Position numbers and translations under genes: made by a program. This document shows, one piece after another, positions 1 through 9,184 of a stretch of DNA of 44,219 nt. Under the pieces are notes generated by a model that had not been told where the DNA came from, made no database searches, and was given only the letters and a program-made list of their open reading frames with translations. Each line of letters opens with the position of its first letter. The stretch's first letter is position 1. Origin of the DNA: Escherichia phage vB_EcoS-12210III. Where the stretch lies: sequence record MK907227.1. One strand, written 5' to 3'.

Positions 1-127
1 CGAAGTGATAGCCAGCGCAAAGCGGTAGATGAGATTCGCGCACAGATTAATAATCAGCAATTCGACGTCAGTGACTTCGAATCATCACGCCAGTACGAGG
101 CGCTTATCGTTAATGCCGCATACCTCA
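1..127. repeat. Terminal exact overlap: positions 1-127 are identical to 44093-44219 (circular or circularly permuted genome, linearised arbitrarily)
   Basis: Direct comparison of the first and last 127 nt of the window; the same open reading frame runs from 44021 across the junction to the stop at 154-156. Confidence 0.9.
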
Positions 128-156
128 CTAACTTGGATAAGGCGACTAAGAAATGA
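1..156 (+). CDS. 3' portion of a hypothetical early protein (same gene as 44021..44219 across the wrap point; about 76 aa in total)
   Basis: In-frame continuation of the 44021 ORF through the 127-bp overlap; stop TGA at 154-156. Confidence 0.5.
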   Translation, partial: RSDSQRKAVDEIRAQINNQQFDVSDFESSRQYEALIVNAAYLTNLDKATKK

Positions 157-296
157 TTTACATCCATACGTACTACACTGGTAAGTTTAATAGCGTTAAG
201 CATGTTCGAGTGTGCGAGGGGTTTCATAAAGCATTTGATCAGCAGAGGGTTCTTGGGGGAACTATTAAGTGGTGTGAAGTTGTCAAAGAATGCTAA
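153..296 (+). CDS. Small hypothetical protein (47 aa), start overlaps the upstream stop (ATGA)
   Basis: ATG 153 overlapping TGA 154-156; ORF to TAA 294-296; below the size cutoff of the ORF track. Coding status uncertain. Confidence 0.3.
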   Translation: MIYIHTYYTGKFNSVKHVRVCEGFHKAFDQQRVLGGTIKWCEVVKEC

Positions 297-340
297 ATAG
301 CACGAATTCCTAAAACAGTATTGGGGTAATTTATTATAGT
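297..340 (+). promoter_or_regulatory. Conserved phage promoter unit: palindrome ATAGCACGAATTCCTAA (297-313), 22-nt spacer, -10-like TATAGT (335-340), leader CCGAAACGAG
   Basis: Member of a repeated motif family read directly from the sequence; lies upstream of the gene at 372. Confidence 0.5.
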
Positions 341-371
341 TACCCTACCGAAACGAGATGAGGTTACAATA

Positions 372-815
372 ATGACTAAGTTTATTTGCACAGGAAGTTA
401 CACTGATTCAGTTTCTATTGGTCAGGTAGTATATGGCCTCGCCTCTGAAGATGGGGAGTTTATTATAACCAAAGACACCAACGATTGCCCTTCTAATGAT
501 GGTGAGCCAAAGTTTAAGGTTGGAGAACGAGTTCCATTAAATGGTATACTTTGGCAATGGAAAGAGGTTAAAGAGATGGATAAAGATCCAACATTTGACA
601 TGATGATGAGTCAGTGCAAGGCGAGAGCTGAGTCACTTCGATTCTCCCAATCAGAGCCAAAGCTCCAGGCCAACCACTTTGACGGCTACGCAACATTCAT
701 CATTGCCCAGGCGTGCGGGATGCGCGAAGAGCCACAGGTTCACACCATTCACTTAACCGAAGAGCAGGCCAGAGAGCTAGCATACGAAATTCTTGAGCAA
801 TTGAATAAGATTTAA
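372..815 (+). CDS. Hypothetical early protein (147 aa)
   Basis: ORF with RBS-like GAGG upstream; preceded by a conserved promoter unit; no recognisable domain. Confidence 0.6.
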   Translation: MTKFICTGSYTDSVSIGQVVYGLASEDGEFIITKDTNDCPSNDGEPKFKVGERVPLNGILWQWKEVKEMDKDPTFDMMMSQCKARAESLRFSQSEPKLQANHFDGYATFIIAQACGMREEPQVHTIHLTEEQARELAYEILEQLNKI

Positions 816-866
816 CGCGCCTAAAACGCATTCTAACGAACGATAATTTAAGCAAGGTGATTCATC

Positions 867-992
867 ATGGAAGCACAAGAAAGCCCAGCAGAGTGGTGCA
901 AGCGAATGCAGGACGAAGCTAAAACTAGCGAAGAGGTGATGGCTTACTACGAGCTTGCGCAAATTTGGATGCAACGGGAGGAGAAACAATGA
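867..992 (+). CDS. Small hypothetical protein (41 aa)
   Basis: ATG 867 preceded by AAGGTGA; ends TGA 990-992 overlapping the next ATG (ATGA). Confidence 0.3.
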   Translation: MEAQESPAEWCKRMQDEAKTSEEVMAYYELAQIWMQREEKQ

Positions 993-1132
993 GCTTCACT
1001 GAATACGTAATCGCATGTGAAAGACTGGTCTTTGATATGAAAACATTCAACCGGTTCATCATTAAGGATTTAATTAAGCCTTACAAACAAGGTGTGACGC
1101 CAGAGGCTTTTGTTAAGTCATTCTATAAATAG
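989..1132 (+). CDS. Small hypothetical protein (47 aa)
   Basis: ATG 989 overlapping the previous stop; stop TAG 1130-1132. Confidence 0.3.
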   Translation: MSFTEYVIACERLVFDMKTFNRFIIKDLIKPYKQGVTPEAFVKSFYK

Positions 1133-1172
1133 CACGAATTGCTCAACGCAGTCGCCATGGATGGCATATAAT
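1129..1172 (+). promoter_or_regulatory. Conserved phage promoter unit: palindrome ATAGCACGAATTGCTCA (1129-1145), 22-nt spacer, TATAAT (1167-1172)
   Basis: Same architecture as the other copies; implies that the TTG-initiated extension of the track ORF (1110) is not coding. Confidence 0.5.
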
Positions 1173-1205
1173 CACCATATCAACACAACTAGAGAGATAG
1201 AGAAA

Positions 1206-1409
1206 ATGAACAACAAATCAAATGAAGTGACCAAAGTTAAATCACATATCGCAGAAAATAATTATGATGAGTCTTTGGGTTTAGGTTTAGGTTTGAATTC
1301 AAGAAAAGTAGTTGTTAACGGAATCACGGGTTTTCATTCTCGCTGCGTTATAGCTAAACCAGTTATTGGTTTTGAGTCTCGCTGCGTCTTTGTTGGTGGA
1401 GTCTTATAA
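1206..1409 (+). CDS. Hypothetical protein (67 aa); start trimmed to ATG 1206 downstream of the promoter
   Basis: In frame with track ORF 1110..1409, whose 5' part overlaps the promoter palindrome; AGAGAGATAGAG precedes ATG 1206. Confidence 0.4.
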   Translation: MNNKSNEVTKVKSHIAENNYDESLGLGLGLNSRKVVVNGITGFHSRCVIAKPVIGFESRCVFVGGVL

Positions 1410-1648
1410 TGTTCGGATTATCAGAAGCACACTTCAACGCAGTTAAACGTCAGGCCGCAAAGTTGAACGAAGAGTACAGCAAGCTATCGCCAAAGCAGCG
1501 TAAGGACGATAAGCATGTTGCGACGTTGATTTCTAAGATGTGGGAGCCAGTTTTTACAATCATTAGTCGAGATCGCTTTGTTTGGACTAGTGGATATCTT
1601 AAGGGTCGTGTGGGTCATGACGAGAATGGGAATAGTCTTTATGAGTGA
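1409..1648 (+). CDS. Hypothetical protein (79 aa)
   Basis: ORF; start overlaps upstream stop (TAATG). Confidence 0.5.
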   Translation: MFGLSEAHFNAVKRQAAKLNEEYSKLSPKQRKDDKHVATLISKMWEPVFTIISRDRFVWTSGYLKGRVGHDENGNSLYE

Positions 1649-1922
1649 ATTTACTATCTGGTTTATCGCGGGACTGATTGCTTGGGGTTGCTTTTTAATC
1701 GTTTAGATGGAGGTTGTAAAAAAGAGCTTGCATCACTGACCGGAATTATCTAACATTAACCACGTAGGCAATCGAGCCATCCAAGATGGAACGGCGCACG
1801 GAGCGCAGCTAATAAGTCCGTTGCTCATTAGGTAGCGTATACGGCATTAAGACCTAGCGCAAATAGGCAGATTAACCGGCTGTATCAGGCAGCCCCGGAG
1901 CCGTAACCGGGACTCATTCAAG

Positions 1923-1997
1923 GCTCTGCTAGCTCAATAGGATAGTAGCAACGACCTTCTAAGTCGTAGGTTACTGGTTCGAATCCAGTGCGGAGCG
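1923..1997 (+). tRNA. tRNA-Arg, anticodon UCU (reads AGA); CCA encoded at 1998-2000
   Basis: Manual fold: acceptor GCTCTGC/GCGGAGC (one G-U pair), U8, D-arm with GG, anticodon stem ACGAC/GTCGT, loop CTTCTAA (U33, anticodon TCT), 5-nt variable loop, T-arm ACTGG-TTCGAAT-CCAGT, discriminator G. Confidence 0.7.
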
Positions 1998-2015
1998 CCA
2001 ATAAAGGAGTTCATT

Positions 2016-2198
2016 ATGTGGGATGTGAAGTTGTCCATTCGCTTAATGGGCCGCAGTTGCAAGAATTGCTCTCAAGATTACATCGCGTCAGTTGCCGCAA
2101 TCAGCGCTGAGGATGCGGTAGCGAAAGTAAAAGAGATGTCAGGTGCTGACCCTGACACTCACAAATTCCTTGTAGCTTACGTTCGTGAGCGAAAGTAA
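2016..2198 (+). CDS. Hypothetical protein (60 aa)
   Basis: ORF immediately after the tRNA with RBS AAAGGAG. Confidence 0.5.
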   Translation: MWDVKLSIRLMGRSCKNCSQDYIASVAAISAEDAVAKVKEMSGADPDTHKFLVAYVRERK

Positions 2199-2242
2199 AA
2201 AGTGTTATACCCTTGTAAAGTTTCGTTTCTCTCGTTGTTTTT

Positions 2243-2266
2243 AGCCCTCGCTTGAGGGCTTTTTTT
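2243..2266 (+). terminator. Intrinsic terminator (stem AGCCCTC/GAGGGCT, T-run), followed by a TATAAT at 2281-2286 upstream of the small terminase gene
   Basis: GC-rich hairpin plus T6 read from sequence. Confidence 0.6.
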
Positions 2267-2309
2267 CGTCTCCAATATGGTATAATCTGACCTCAACAAA
2301 GGAGGATTT

Positions 2310-2816
2310 ATGAGTAAAGCAGCACTAAAGATGGGTGAGGGAAATTTCAAGGCGCTATACAACAAGAAGTATGGCGATATTGCCATGGTGGCAATCAACC
2401 GCAAGTACACACCAGAGGAGGTCTTCAATTTCGCCGTTCGATACTTCTCCTGGGCAGAGAGTGAGGCAATTAAGGCAATTGAGACAGCAGCTTTCCAGGG
2501 CGTTGTTAGTGAAAACCTTGTACACAAGCCGCGCGTGTTCACATTAACCGGGTTGGCGCTCTTCATGGGTGTCAACATCAATAGATTCGCACGCTGGCGT
2601 ACTGAGGCTGGGTACTCTGATGTGATGGAATTTATTGATAACGTAATCTACGAGCAGAAGTATCAGCTTGGCGTTGCGGGTATCATCAACTCCACAATCG
2701 TTGGTAAAGAACTTGGCATTGATAAGCCGCAGGAGATTAAGATTAGCAACAACTCCACAGCTAACGACGTTGATAGTATGAAGGAGGCGCTGGAGTCCGT
2801 GATTAGCAAGTTATAA
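2310..2816 (+). CDS. Terminase small subunit (putative)
   Basis: 168-aa ORF with strong RBS (AAAGGAGG) immediately upstream of the large terminase gene; assignment mainly by position and size. Confidence 0.55.
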   Translation: MSKAALKMGEGNFKALYNKKYGDIAMVAINRKYTPEEVFNFAVRYFSWAESEAIKAIETAAFQGVVSENLVHKPRVFTLTGLALFMGVNINRFARWRTEAGYSDVMEFIDNVIYEQKYQLGVAGIINSTIVGKELGIDKPQEIKISNNSTANDVDSMKEALESVISKL

Positions 2817-2834
2817 CAATAAGAGGGTATAACA

Positions 2835-4409
2835 ATGAGTGATGTTTTAGTTTGGGAGGAGCTATCCCAATCAGAAAAGCAAGCCATCAGGCTTCTTTCC
2901 ACGCATAACTTCGAGACATTCCTTCGGGTATGGTTCAGCCTGACACAGGGCCAGAAGTACATCATGAACTGGCATCACAGGTATCTTTGCAGGATAGTTG
3001 ACGAGATTATTAGCGGAGATCGAAAGGATACAATCATAAACGTATCGCCTGGCGCCGGTAAAACCGAGATCACATCCATCCACTTTCCAGTTTATAGCTA
3101 TCTAAAACTACCAAAAGTGCGAAATCTTAGCCTTTCGTTCTCTGATAGCCTGGTTAAGCGAAACTCTAAGCGAGTGCGCGACCTAATTAAGTGCAAGGAG
3201 TTTCAGGAGCTATTCCCTAGCAAGTTTGGCACGTGCAAGGATGATGAGATTCAGGTTCTCGATGAGTCAGGCAAGGTTCGCTTTGAGTCGATATCAAAAG
3301 CTATCGGAGGCCAGATTACAGGTTCACGTGGCGGCTACATTACTGACACCTATAGTGGTTGCCTTATGCTGGATGATGTAGATAAGGTTGATGACATGTT
3401 TAGCAAGGTTCGCCGAGAGTCGGTTCATATGCTCCTGAAGAACACCATTCGCTCTCGTAGGGCTAGCTCGGTCAAGGGTAAGGCCACACCAATTATTTCC
3501 ATACAGCAGCGATTGCATGTTAACGACTCAAGTTGGTTCATGGCTGAATCTGGAGGTATGGGGATAGACTTCGATGTGGTGAAGATTCCGGCGATAGTTA
3601 CTGAGGATTACATCGACACACTTCCTGACTGGTTAAAACCACACTTCGAGGCTGACGTTCTATCTAGTGAGTACATCGAGCGAGATGGTGTTAAGTACTA
3701 CAGCTACTACCCACAAAAGGAATCCATTCATGATTTAATGGCTATGCAAGACGCAGACCCATACACGTTCGCAAGTCAATATATGCAAAGCCCCATAGCT
3801 CTAGGTGGCAACATGGTGGATACGGATTGGTTTATACGTTACGGTGGAGATTTGCGAGCGCCATTGAAGTATGATTACCGATTTATTACTGCGGATACCG
3901 CGCTTACCACGAAGTCGTACAGTGACTTTAGTGTATTCCAGCTGTGGGGAGTAAAAGACAGAAAGCTATACCTTCTTGATATGGTTAGGGGTAAGTATGA
4001 AGCGCCCGAGCTTGAGGCTACCTTGCTAGAGTTTGAATCCAATGCGAGAAAGACTAATCGGGAGGAGGGTATTCTTCGGAAGGTAATCATCGAGAAGAAA
4101 GCATCTGGTATCGGTCTGATTCAATCTGCAAGCAGGGTTATGCGTACACCTATTGAGCCATTTATACCAGATACAGATAAAGTTACCAGAGTGCTGTCAG
4201 CAATGCCTCAGATTAAGGCTGGAAATGTAATGATTCCAGAATCGGCGCCGTGGATGAGTGCATTCATCTCTGAGTTTTCAGCATTTACAGCAGACATGAG
4301 CCACCGCCATGATGACATTGTAGATACAACAACAATGGCAATAAACTGCGAGCTAAACCTTGCAGATGACCCTAAATCGCGGATGTTACGCCTCGCAGGA
4401 ATTAAATAA
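2835..4409 (+). CDS. Terminase large subunit
   Basis: 524 aa; N-terminal P-loop (VSPGAGKTE), C-terminal nuclease-like region with conserved acidic residues; canonical position before the portal gene. Confidence 0.85.
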   Translation: MSDVLVWEELSQSEKQAIRLLSTHNFETFLRVWFSLTQGQKYIMNWHHRYLCRIVDEIISGDRKDTIINVSPGAGKTEITSIHFPVYSYLKLPKVRNLSLSFSDSLVKRNSKRVRDLIKCKEFQELFPSKFGTCKDDEIQVLDESGKVRFESISKAIGGQITGSRGGYITDTYSGCLMLDDVDKVDDMFSKVRRESVHMLLKNTIRSRRASSVKGKATPIISIQQRLHVNDSSWFMAESGGMGIDFDVVKIPAIVTEDYIDTLPDWLKPHFEADVLSSEYIERDGVKYYSYYPQKESIHDLMAMQDADPYTFASQYMQSPIALGGNMVDTDWFIRYGGDLRAPLKYDYRFITADTALTTKSYSDFSVFQLWGVKDRKLYLLDMVRGKYEAPELEATLLEFESNARKTNREEGILRKVIIEKKASGIGLIQSASRVMRTPIEPFIPDTDKVTRVLSAMPQIKAGNVMIPESAPWMSAFISEFSAFTADMSHRHDDIVDTTTMAINCELNLADDPKSRMLRLAGIK

Positions 4410-4421
4410 GCGTGATAAACT

Positions 4422-4445
4422 AGCCCCGTGTATGGGGCTTTTTTA
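4422..4445 (+). terminator. Terminator-like hairpin (AGCCCC-GTGTAT-GGGGCT, T-run) between the terminase and portal genes
   Basis: Hairpin plus T6; overlaps the GTG-initiated extension of the portal ORF in the track. Confidence 0.5.
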
Positions 4446-4457
4446 TTGGAGAAAAAC

Positions 4458-5726
4458 ATGGTCAAGACAGACAGCTACGCCAATATCTTTCTAGGCGGCA
4501 GTGATGGTAGTGAGATTTACGGGAGCTTGCAGAGCCAAGCCCCTACAATTCTAGCTTCGCTTTATGCGGATAATGCGCTGGTGCGTCGAATAATCGACAC
4601 AATCCCGGAAACAGCATTAGCGGCAGGATTCCACATTGATGGAATTGATGATGAGCCTGCATTCTGGTCGCGCTGGGACTACCTAGAACTAACAAAGCAC
4701 ATCAATGAAGCCTGGTCATGGGCGAGATTGTTCGGCGGTTCTGCCATTGTCGCTATCGTTAAGGACAATAGGGCGCTAACAAGTCCGGTCAGAGAAGGCG
4801 CTGAACTTGAAACTGTTCGCGTTTACGACCGTACGCAGGTAAAAGTCCAGACTCGCGAGGAGAACCCACGCAACGCGCGTTTTGGTAAGCCACTAACCTA
4901 TCGCATCACAACTAATGAGAGCGATATGTTCTATGATGTGCACTACAGCCGCATTCACATCATTGACGGAGAGCGAATTCCTAACGTAATGCGTCGGCAG
5001 AATGATGGCTGGGGCCGCAGCGTTCTCTCCAGTGACATTCTTGACTCAATTAAGGATTACACCAACTGCGAACTACTTGCTACGCAGTTACTGAAGCGCA
5101 AGCAGCAGGCGGTGTGGAAAGCCAAGGGTCTTGCTGAATTGTGTGATGATAGCGAAGGATTTGGCGCTGCAAGATTGCGCCTAGCTCAGGTTGATAACAA
5201 TAGTGGCGTTGGTCAGGCAATTGGCATTGACGCAGAGTCTGAAGAATACAGTGTTCTGAACTCTGATATTGGCGGGATTGATGCGTTCCTGGATAAGAAG
5301 TTCGACAGAATCGTTGCGCTGAGCGGTATTCATGAGATTATCCTGAAGAACAAGAACGTTGGCGGCGTATCATCAAGTCAGAACACCGCATTGGAGACAT
5401 TCCATAAGCTAGTCGATCGCAAGCGTAACGCTGAACTACTGCCGATTCTCGGGTTCCTGATTCCGTTCATTTCAGACGAGCAAGAATGGTCAGTGGAGTT
5501 TAATCCCCTAGCGCAGGAATCAAGTAAGGATAAGGCCGAGATTCTTGAGAAGAACGTAAACAGCATCGCGACGCTAATTGCATCTGGCGCTATGGATATT
5601 GACGAAGCGAGAGATACATTGCGCGCAATCGCTCCAGAGGTTAAGATTAGTGACGGTTCAGTAGAGACAGAGGTGACGATTAGTGAAACCAGTAACGACC
5701 CGCTGGAAGTATCCGCAGATAATTGA
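4458..5726 (+). CDS. Portal protein
   Basis: About 422 aa directly after the large terminase; start set to ATG 4458 (RBS GGAG) rather than GTG 4428, which lies inside the hairpin. Confidence 0.75.
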   Translation: MVKTDSYANIFLGGSDGSEIYGSLQSQAPTILASLYADNALVRRIIDTIPETALAAGFHIDGIDDEPAFWSRWDYLELTKHINEAWSWARLFGGSAIVAIVKDNRALTSPVREGAELETVRVYDRTQVKVQTREENPRNARFGKPLTYRITTNESDMFYDVHYSRIHIIDGERIPNVMRRQNDGWGRSVLSSDILDSIKDYTNCELLATQLLKRKQQAVWKAKGLAELCDDSEGFGAARLRLAQVDNNSGVGQAIGIDAESEEYSVLNSDIGGIDAFLDKKFDRIVALSGIHEIILKNKNVGGVSSSQNTALETFHKLVDRKRNAELLPILGFLIPFISDEQEWSVEFNPLAQESSKDKAEILEKNVNSIATLIASGAMDIDEARDTLRAIAPEVKISDGSVETEVTISETSNDPLEVSADN

Positions 5727-6411
5727 GAGCAAGGTTAACCGCAATCTCAGCATTGCGGTAACTGAGTTAATTTCAGCAATGAAGGATTCAGCAACAAGGC
5801 TTAGAATTGATACTGCAGAGGAGCTAGGGGAGGAGGATGGATATCTTGAGGGGATAATTTCTGCATTGGTGGCGTCATTTATATCAACCATCCCGGCTAT
5901 AGGGGCGGCGATATACAGATACAATAGCTCGCAATTTCTTGTGCTTGCAATAAAGACCGGAGGAAGGTCCAATCCTAGCGTTCTGAACCTTGAGGTTAAC
6001 GGCATCAATGGTGGTGAGCCGTGGTATAATGATGACCTTAATCAGTGGATTTACACCACGGATAAGTCAGCCAGGAAGCTGCTAAATAACATCAAGGATG
6101 ATTTCTTACAGGCGGCTGCAACAATACAGAATGGTGACTACGTTAAGTTATCCGATAGGTACAAAACATACAGGAAGCGAACGGCAAATATTGCATCTGG
6201 AATTGTCTCTAGTCTCAACTCGACACTGATGAGGCGTAGGCTTGAGGATGCTGGTGTTAGCCGTTACATCTGGCATGGCATGTTAGATGATAGGGAGCGT
6301 CAGTCTCACATAGCAAGAGAAGGTCTTAGCTTTAAACTTGGTGGTAACGATATATTTCCAGGTCAAGAATACGGCTGTCGTTGCTGGTCGGTTCCAGATT
6401 GGGAATCATAA
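5683..6411 (+). CDS. Head morphogenesis protein (Mu F / SPP1 gp7-like minor head protein)
   Basis: 242 aa after the portal, overlapping its 3' end; C-terminal motif region (WHGMLDDRERQSH...CRCW) typical of MuF-like proteins; position. Confidence 0.6.
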   Translation: MKPVTTRWKYPQIIESKVNRNLSIAVTELISAMKDSATRLRIDTAEELGEEDGYLEGIISALVASFISTIPAIGAAIYRYNSSQFLVLAIKTGGRSNPSVLNLEVNGINGGEPWYNDDLNQWIYTTDKSARKLLNNIKDDFLQAAATIQNGDYVKLSDRYKTYRKRTANIASGIVSSLNSTLMRRRLEDAGVSRYIWHGMLDDRERQSHIAREGLSFKLGGNDIFPGQEYGCRCWSVPDWES

Positions 6412-6423
6412 TAGGAGAATTAA

Positions 6424-7512
6424 ATGAGCAAAATCCGCTATGACAGCGCAAAGTTCAAGGCGACAATCGACGAGAATGGATTTCTAGTCGACACACCAGT
6501 AGTCGCACGCCTAGGCGTGCAAGTCTACTACATGGAAGACGGTCGAACGGTTCGAGAGTTTCGCCCAGCCGAGGAAGTCTTCAAGGATGAATCCCTCGCT
6601 AGTTACCAGGGTAAGCCAATGACTCTTGATCATGTTTTCGTTAACTCAGAGAACGCTAAAGAGGTAGTGGTAGGTTCCGTTACTGGCAAAGCTGAGCCAT
6701 TGGGTAGCTCAGTGGTTGCTCCGATTGTTGTTTACGATAACACAGCCATTCAGGAAGCTATGGCAGGTAACGCCAAGGAGTTATCCGTTGGTTACTATGC
6801 AATTCTTGACGAAACCCCTGGCTGGGGCGACCCCATTACTGGCGAGTACGTCCTTAAATCTGATGGTGATCAATTCGATGCGCCAGAAGGATGGCAGGAG
6901 TTCGACGCAATTCAGCGTGACATTAAAGTGAACCATCTCGCAATGGTGTATAGAGGTCGCGCAGGTATTGCCAAATTGAATATGGACGGTGAGCAGGAAA
7001 ACCCGTATACTACTGACGTTGATATCAATAAAGAGGATAAACATGAAATGACAGTTAAAATTAAACTCGACGGCGCGCAGGAATTTGAGGTCGCCCCGGA
7101 AATCGCCTCTCACATCGAAGCACTGAACGCAAAGGCTGACACCGCAATCGCTGAGCGCGATGCACTGAAAGCCAAGGTAGATGCAATGCCTGCTGAAATC
7201 GAAGCTGCCGTGGCTAAAGCGAAAGCTGACGCTGATGCCCTTGCCGCCCTGGTTGCTGTTGCTGCTGAAGCTGGTGTTAAGGCTGACGGTATGGATGCTA
7301 AAGGCATTAAAGTTGCTTACGTTAAAGAAGTCTCCGGCCTTGATGTTTCCGAGAAGTCTGACGCATACATCGACGCAGCGTTCGACATTGCCAAAGAATC
7401 TGATAAAATGGCTGAAATACGTAAAGCGACTACCGCTTCCGACAAATATGACAGCGCCGATGAGCCTAAGAAATTAGACCCGCGTGCTCGTTTAGCTAAA
7501 ATTAAGAAATAA
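6424..7512 (+). CDS. Scaffolding / prohead core protein
   Basis: 362 aa; C-terminal Ala/Lys/Glu-rich predicted coiled coil (AEIEAAVAKAKADADALAAL); sits between the MuF-like and capsid genes. Confidence 0.55.
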   Translation: MSKIRYDSAKFKATIDENGFLVDTPVVARLGVQVYYMEDGRTVREFRPAEEVFKDESLASYQGKPMTLDHVFVNSENAKEVVVGSVTGKAEPLGSSVVAPIVVYDNTAIQEAMAGNAKELSVGYYAILDETPGWGDPITGEYVLKSDGDQFDAPEGWQEFDAIQRDIKVNHLAMVYRGRAGIAKLNMDGEQENPYTTDVDINKEDKHEMTVKIKLDGAQEFEVAPEIASHIEALNAKADTAIAERDALKAKVDAMPAEIEAAVAKAKADADALAALVAVAAEAGVKADGMDAKGIKVAYVKEVSGLDVSEKSDAYIDAAFDIAKESDKMAEIRKATTASDKYDSADEPKKLDPRARLAKIKK

Positions 7513-7524
7513 GGAGTTATAAAC

Positions 7525-8034
7525 ATGGCAATTCGTTCCGTAGCACTGGCTGGTATGATTTCTGATACTTCGCTCTATAACATCGACGGTGCTTGTGTGG
7601 TTGGCGGTGCAGCACCAATTCCGGTTGGCACTTTTGTTGGCGTTACATCCGCTCAGCCTGTAGATGGTCACAAGGTTGTTGGACTCCCAGCTGTAACTGG
7701 CTCGCCAGTTAAACCTTATGGTGTTGTTGTTAAATCTCATTACGAGACTCCAGATGGCACAGCTCGCGTAAATGAAGCGGTTAACGTAATGACTCATGGT
7801 CGAATCTGGGTTCGTACAAATCTAGCGGCTGCGCCAGCTTTTGGTGGCAAGGTTTTCGTAAACGCGAGTGGCGTTGTTGTTGCAGAAGCGGCAGGTTCTA
7901 CTTGGGAGACTGGTTTTACATTTGCTGGTGGTTACATCAAAAAAACGGGCACAGACCCGCAAGACCTAAGCGTTGATGGCGCACTAGTTGAAGTTCAGCT
8001 TATTCAATCCGCAGACTCAACTGTTGCAGCTTAA
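7525..8034 (+). CDS. Head-associated structural protein (possible decoration or minor capsid protein)
   Basis: 169 aa, Gly/Val/Thr-rich, strong RBS (AAGGAG); placement between scaffold and capsid genes. Function uncertain. Confidence 0.4.
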   Translation: MAIRSVALAGMISDTSLYNIDGACVVGGAAPIPVGTFVGVTSAQPVDGHKVVGLPAVTGSPVKPYGVVVKSHYETPDGTARVNEAVNVMTHGRIWVRTNLAAAPAFGGKVFVNASGVVVAEAAGSTWETGFTFAGGYIKKTGTDPQDLSVDGALVEVQLIQSADSTVAA

Positions 8035-8050
8035 TAATTAAGATATATAA

Positions 8051-8075
8051 AGCCTCCTTCGGGAGGTTTTTTTTA
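8051..8075 (+). terminator. Intrinsic terminator (CCTCC-TTCG-GGAGG, T8), followed by a sigma70-like promoter (TTGCGT 8081-8086, TATAAT 8103-8108) upstream of the capsid gene
   Basis: Read from sequence. Confidence 0.6.
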
Positions 8076-8146
8076 TGTCATTGCGTGGGCTAAAAACTCG
8101 TGTATAATGAATCCGTAAACACATAACTGAAAAGGAACAATAAAGA

Positions 8147-9091
8147 ATGGCCATTAAATTTGATGCAGAACAAGCAAAAATCACCGCTCACCTCGAGCAA
8201 ATGGGCGTAGAAAAAGCTGATGCCGCTGGTATCTGGACTGTTAGCCAGCTTACCGCTGCTCTGAACCGTGCTTACGAAAAAGAATACGCAGAAAACTCAG
8301 TTGTTAATATCTTCCCTGTAACAAATGAAATTCCTGGTCACGCGAAGTATTTCGAGTACCCAGAATTTGATGGTGCTGGCATTGCTCAGATTATCGCTGA
8401 TTACTCTGACGACTTGCCGCTGGTTGATGCGTTTATGAACGAGAAACAAGGCAAAGTGTTCCGTTTCGGTAACGCATTCCTGATTTCTATTGATGAAATT
8501 AAAGCTGGCGCCGCAACTGGTCAGTCCCTGTCAACTCGCAAGCAAGCCCTGGCTTTCGAAGCGCACGACAACCTGCTGGATAAACTGGTGTGGTCTGGTT
8601 CCGCCCCGCACGGCATCGTGAGCGTATTCGACCAGCCGAACATCAACAACGTTGTTGCAACTCCAAGTTGGAATATTCCGGACAACGCAATCGGTGATAT
8701 CACCGAGATGATTGACGCAGTTGAGACTTCAACACAGGGCCTCCATCATGTGACTGACATTCTGCTTCCGGCCTCTGCTCGTCGAATTATGCAGCAACTG
8801 GTTCCGCAGACAAATTTGAGCTACGGTGAACTGTTCACTCGTAACAACCCAGGTTTGACCATTCGTTTCTTGCAGTTCCTGGACAACTACGATGGTGCGA
8901 ATGGTAAGGCTGCTCTGGCGTTTGAGAAGAGTCCACTCAATATGTCTATCGAGATTCCGGAAGCTACCAACGTTCTTCCAGGACAACCTAAGGACTTGCA
9001 CTTTAAGTACCCTGTAACATCAAAAGCTACAGGTTTGATCGTTTATCGCCCTCTGACGATGGCCGTAATCAAAGGTATTACCTTAATCTAA
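8147..9091 (+). CDS. Major capsid protein
   Basis: 314 aa with its own promoter and terminators either side (high-expression unit) in the head module. Confidence 0.7.
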   Translation: MAIKFDAEQAKITAHLEQMGVEKADAAGIWTVSQLTAALNRAYEKEYAENSVVNIFPVTNEIPGHAKYFEYPEFDGAGIAQIIADYSDDLPLVDAFMNEKQGKVFRFGNAFLISIDEIKAGAATGQSLSTRKQALAFEAHDNLLDKLVWSGSAPHGIVSVFDQPNINNVVATPSWNIPDNAIGDITEMIDAVETSTQGLHHVTDILLPASARRIMQQLVPQTNLSYGELFTRNNPGLTIRFLQFLDNYDGANGKAALAFEKSPLNMSIEIPEATNVLPGQPKDLHFKYPVTSKATGLIVYRPLTMAVIKGITLI

Positions 9092-9097
9092 TAAATG

Positions 9098-9120
9098 GCC
9101 CTCTTCGGAGGGCTTTTTTT
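9098..9120 (+). terminator. Intrinsic terminator (GCCCTC-TTCG-GAGGGC, T7) after the capsid gene
   Basis: Read from sequence. Confidence 0.65.
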
Positions 9121-9184
9121 ACGTCTGTACCAAATGGATTTGTTGGGTTATAATCACTCAATCAGATAAACAAAGGAGACAAAA

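Noticed and set aside
1110-1205. TTG-initiated 5' extension of the 1206..1409 ORF (track start 1110)
   Set aside because: The extension is translated from the promoter palindrome and -10 element themselves; the ATG at 1206 lies downstream of the promoter.
1741-1922. A second tRNA upstream of tRNA-Arg
   Set aside because: No T-arm-like GGTTCRANTCC segment and no acceptor-stem pairing could be found by hand; only isolated hairpins are present. A covariance-model scan is still needed.
2177-2581. 134-aa minus-strand ORF overlapping the small terminase gene and its promoter/terminator region
   Set aside because: Antisense to a gene with a strong RBS and to the terminator hairpin; no start context; likely a chance ORF.
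6716-7526. Overlapping ORFs on both strands within the scaffold gene (6716..6931, 6781..7113, 7110..7307, 7181..7477, 7317..7526)
   Set aside because: Low-complexity Ala/Leu/Ser-rich translations generated by the repetitive coiled-coil coding sequence of the scaffold gene; no independent signals.
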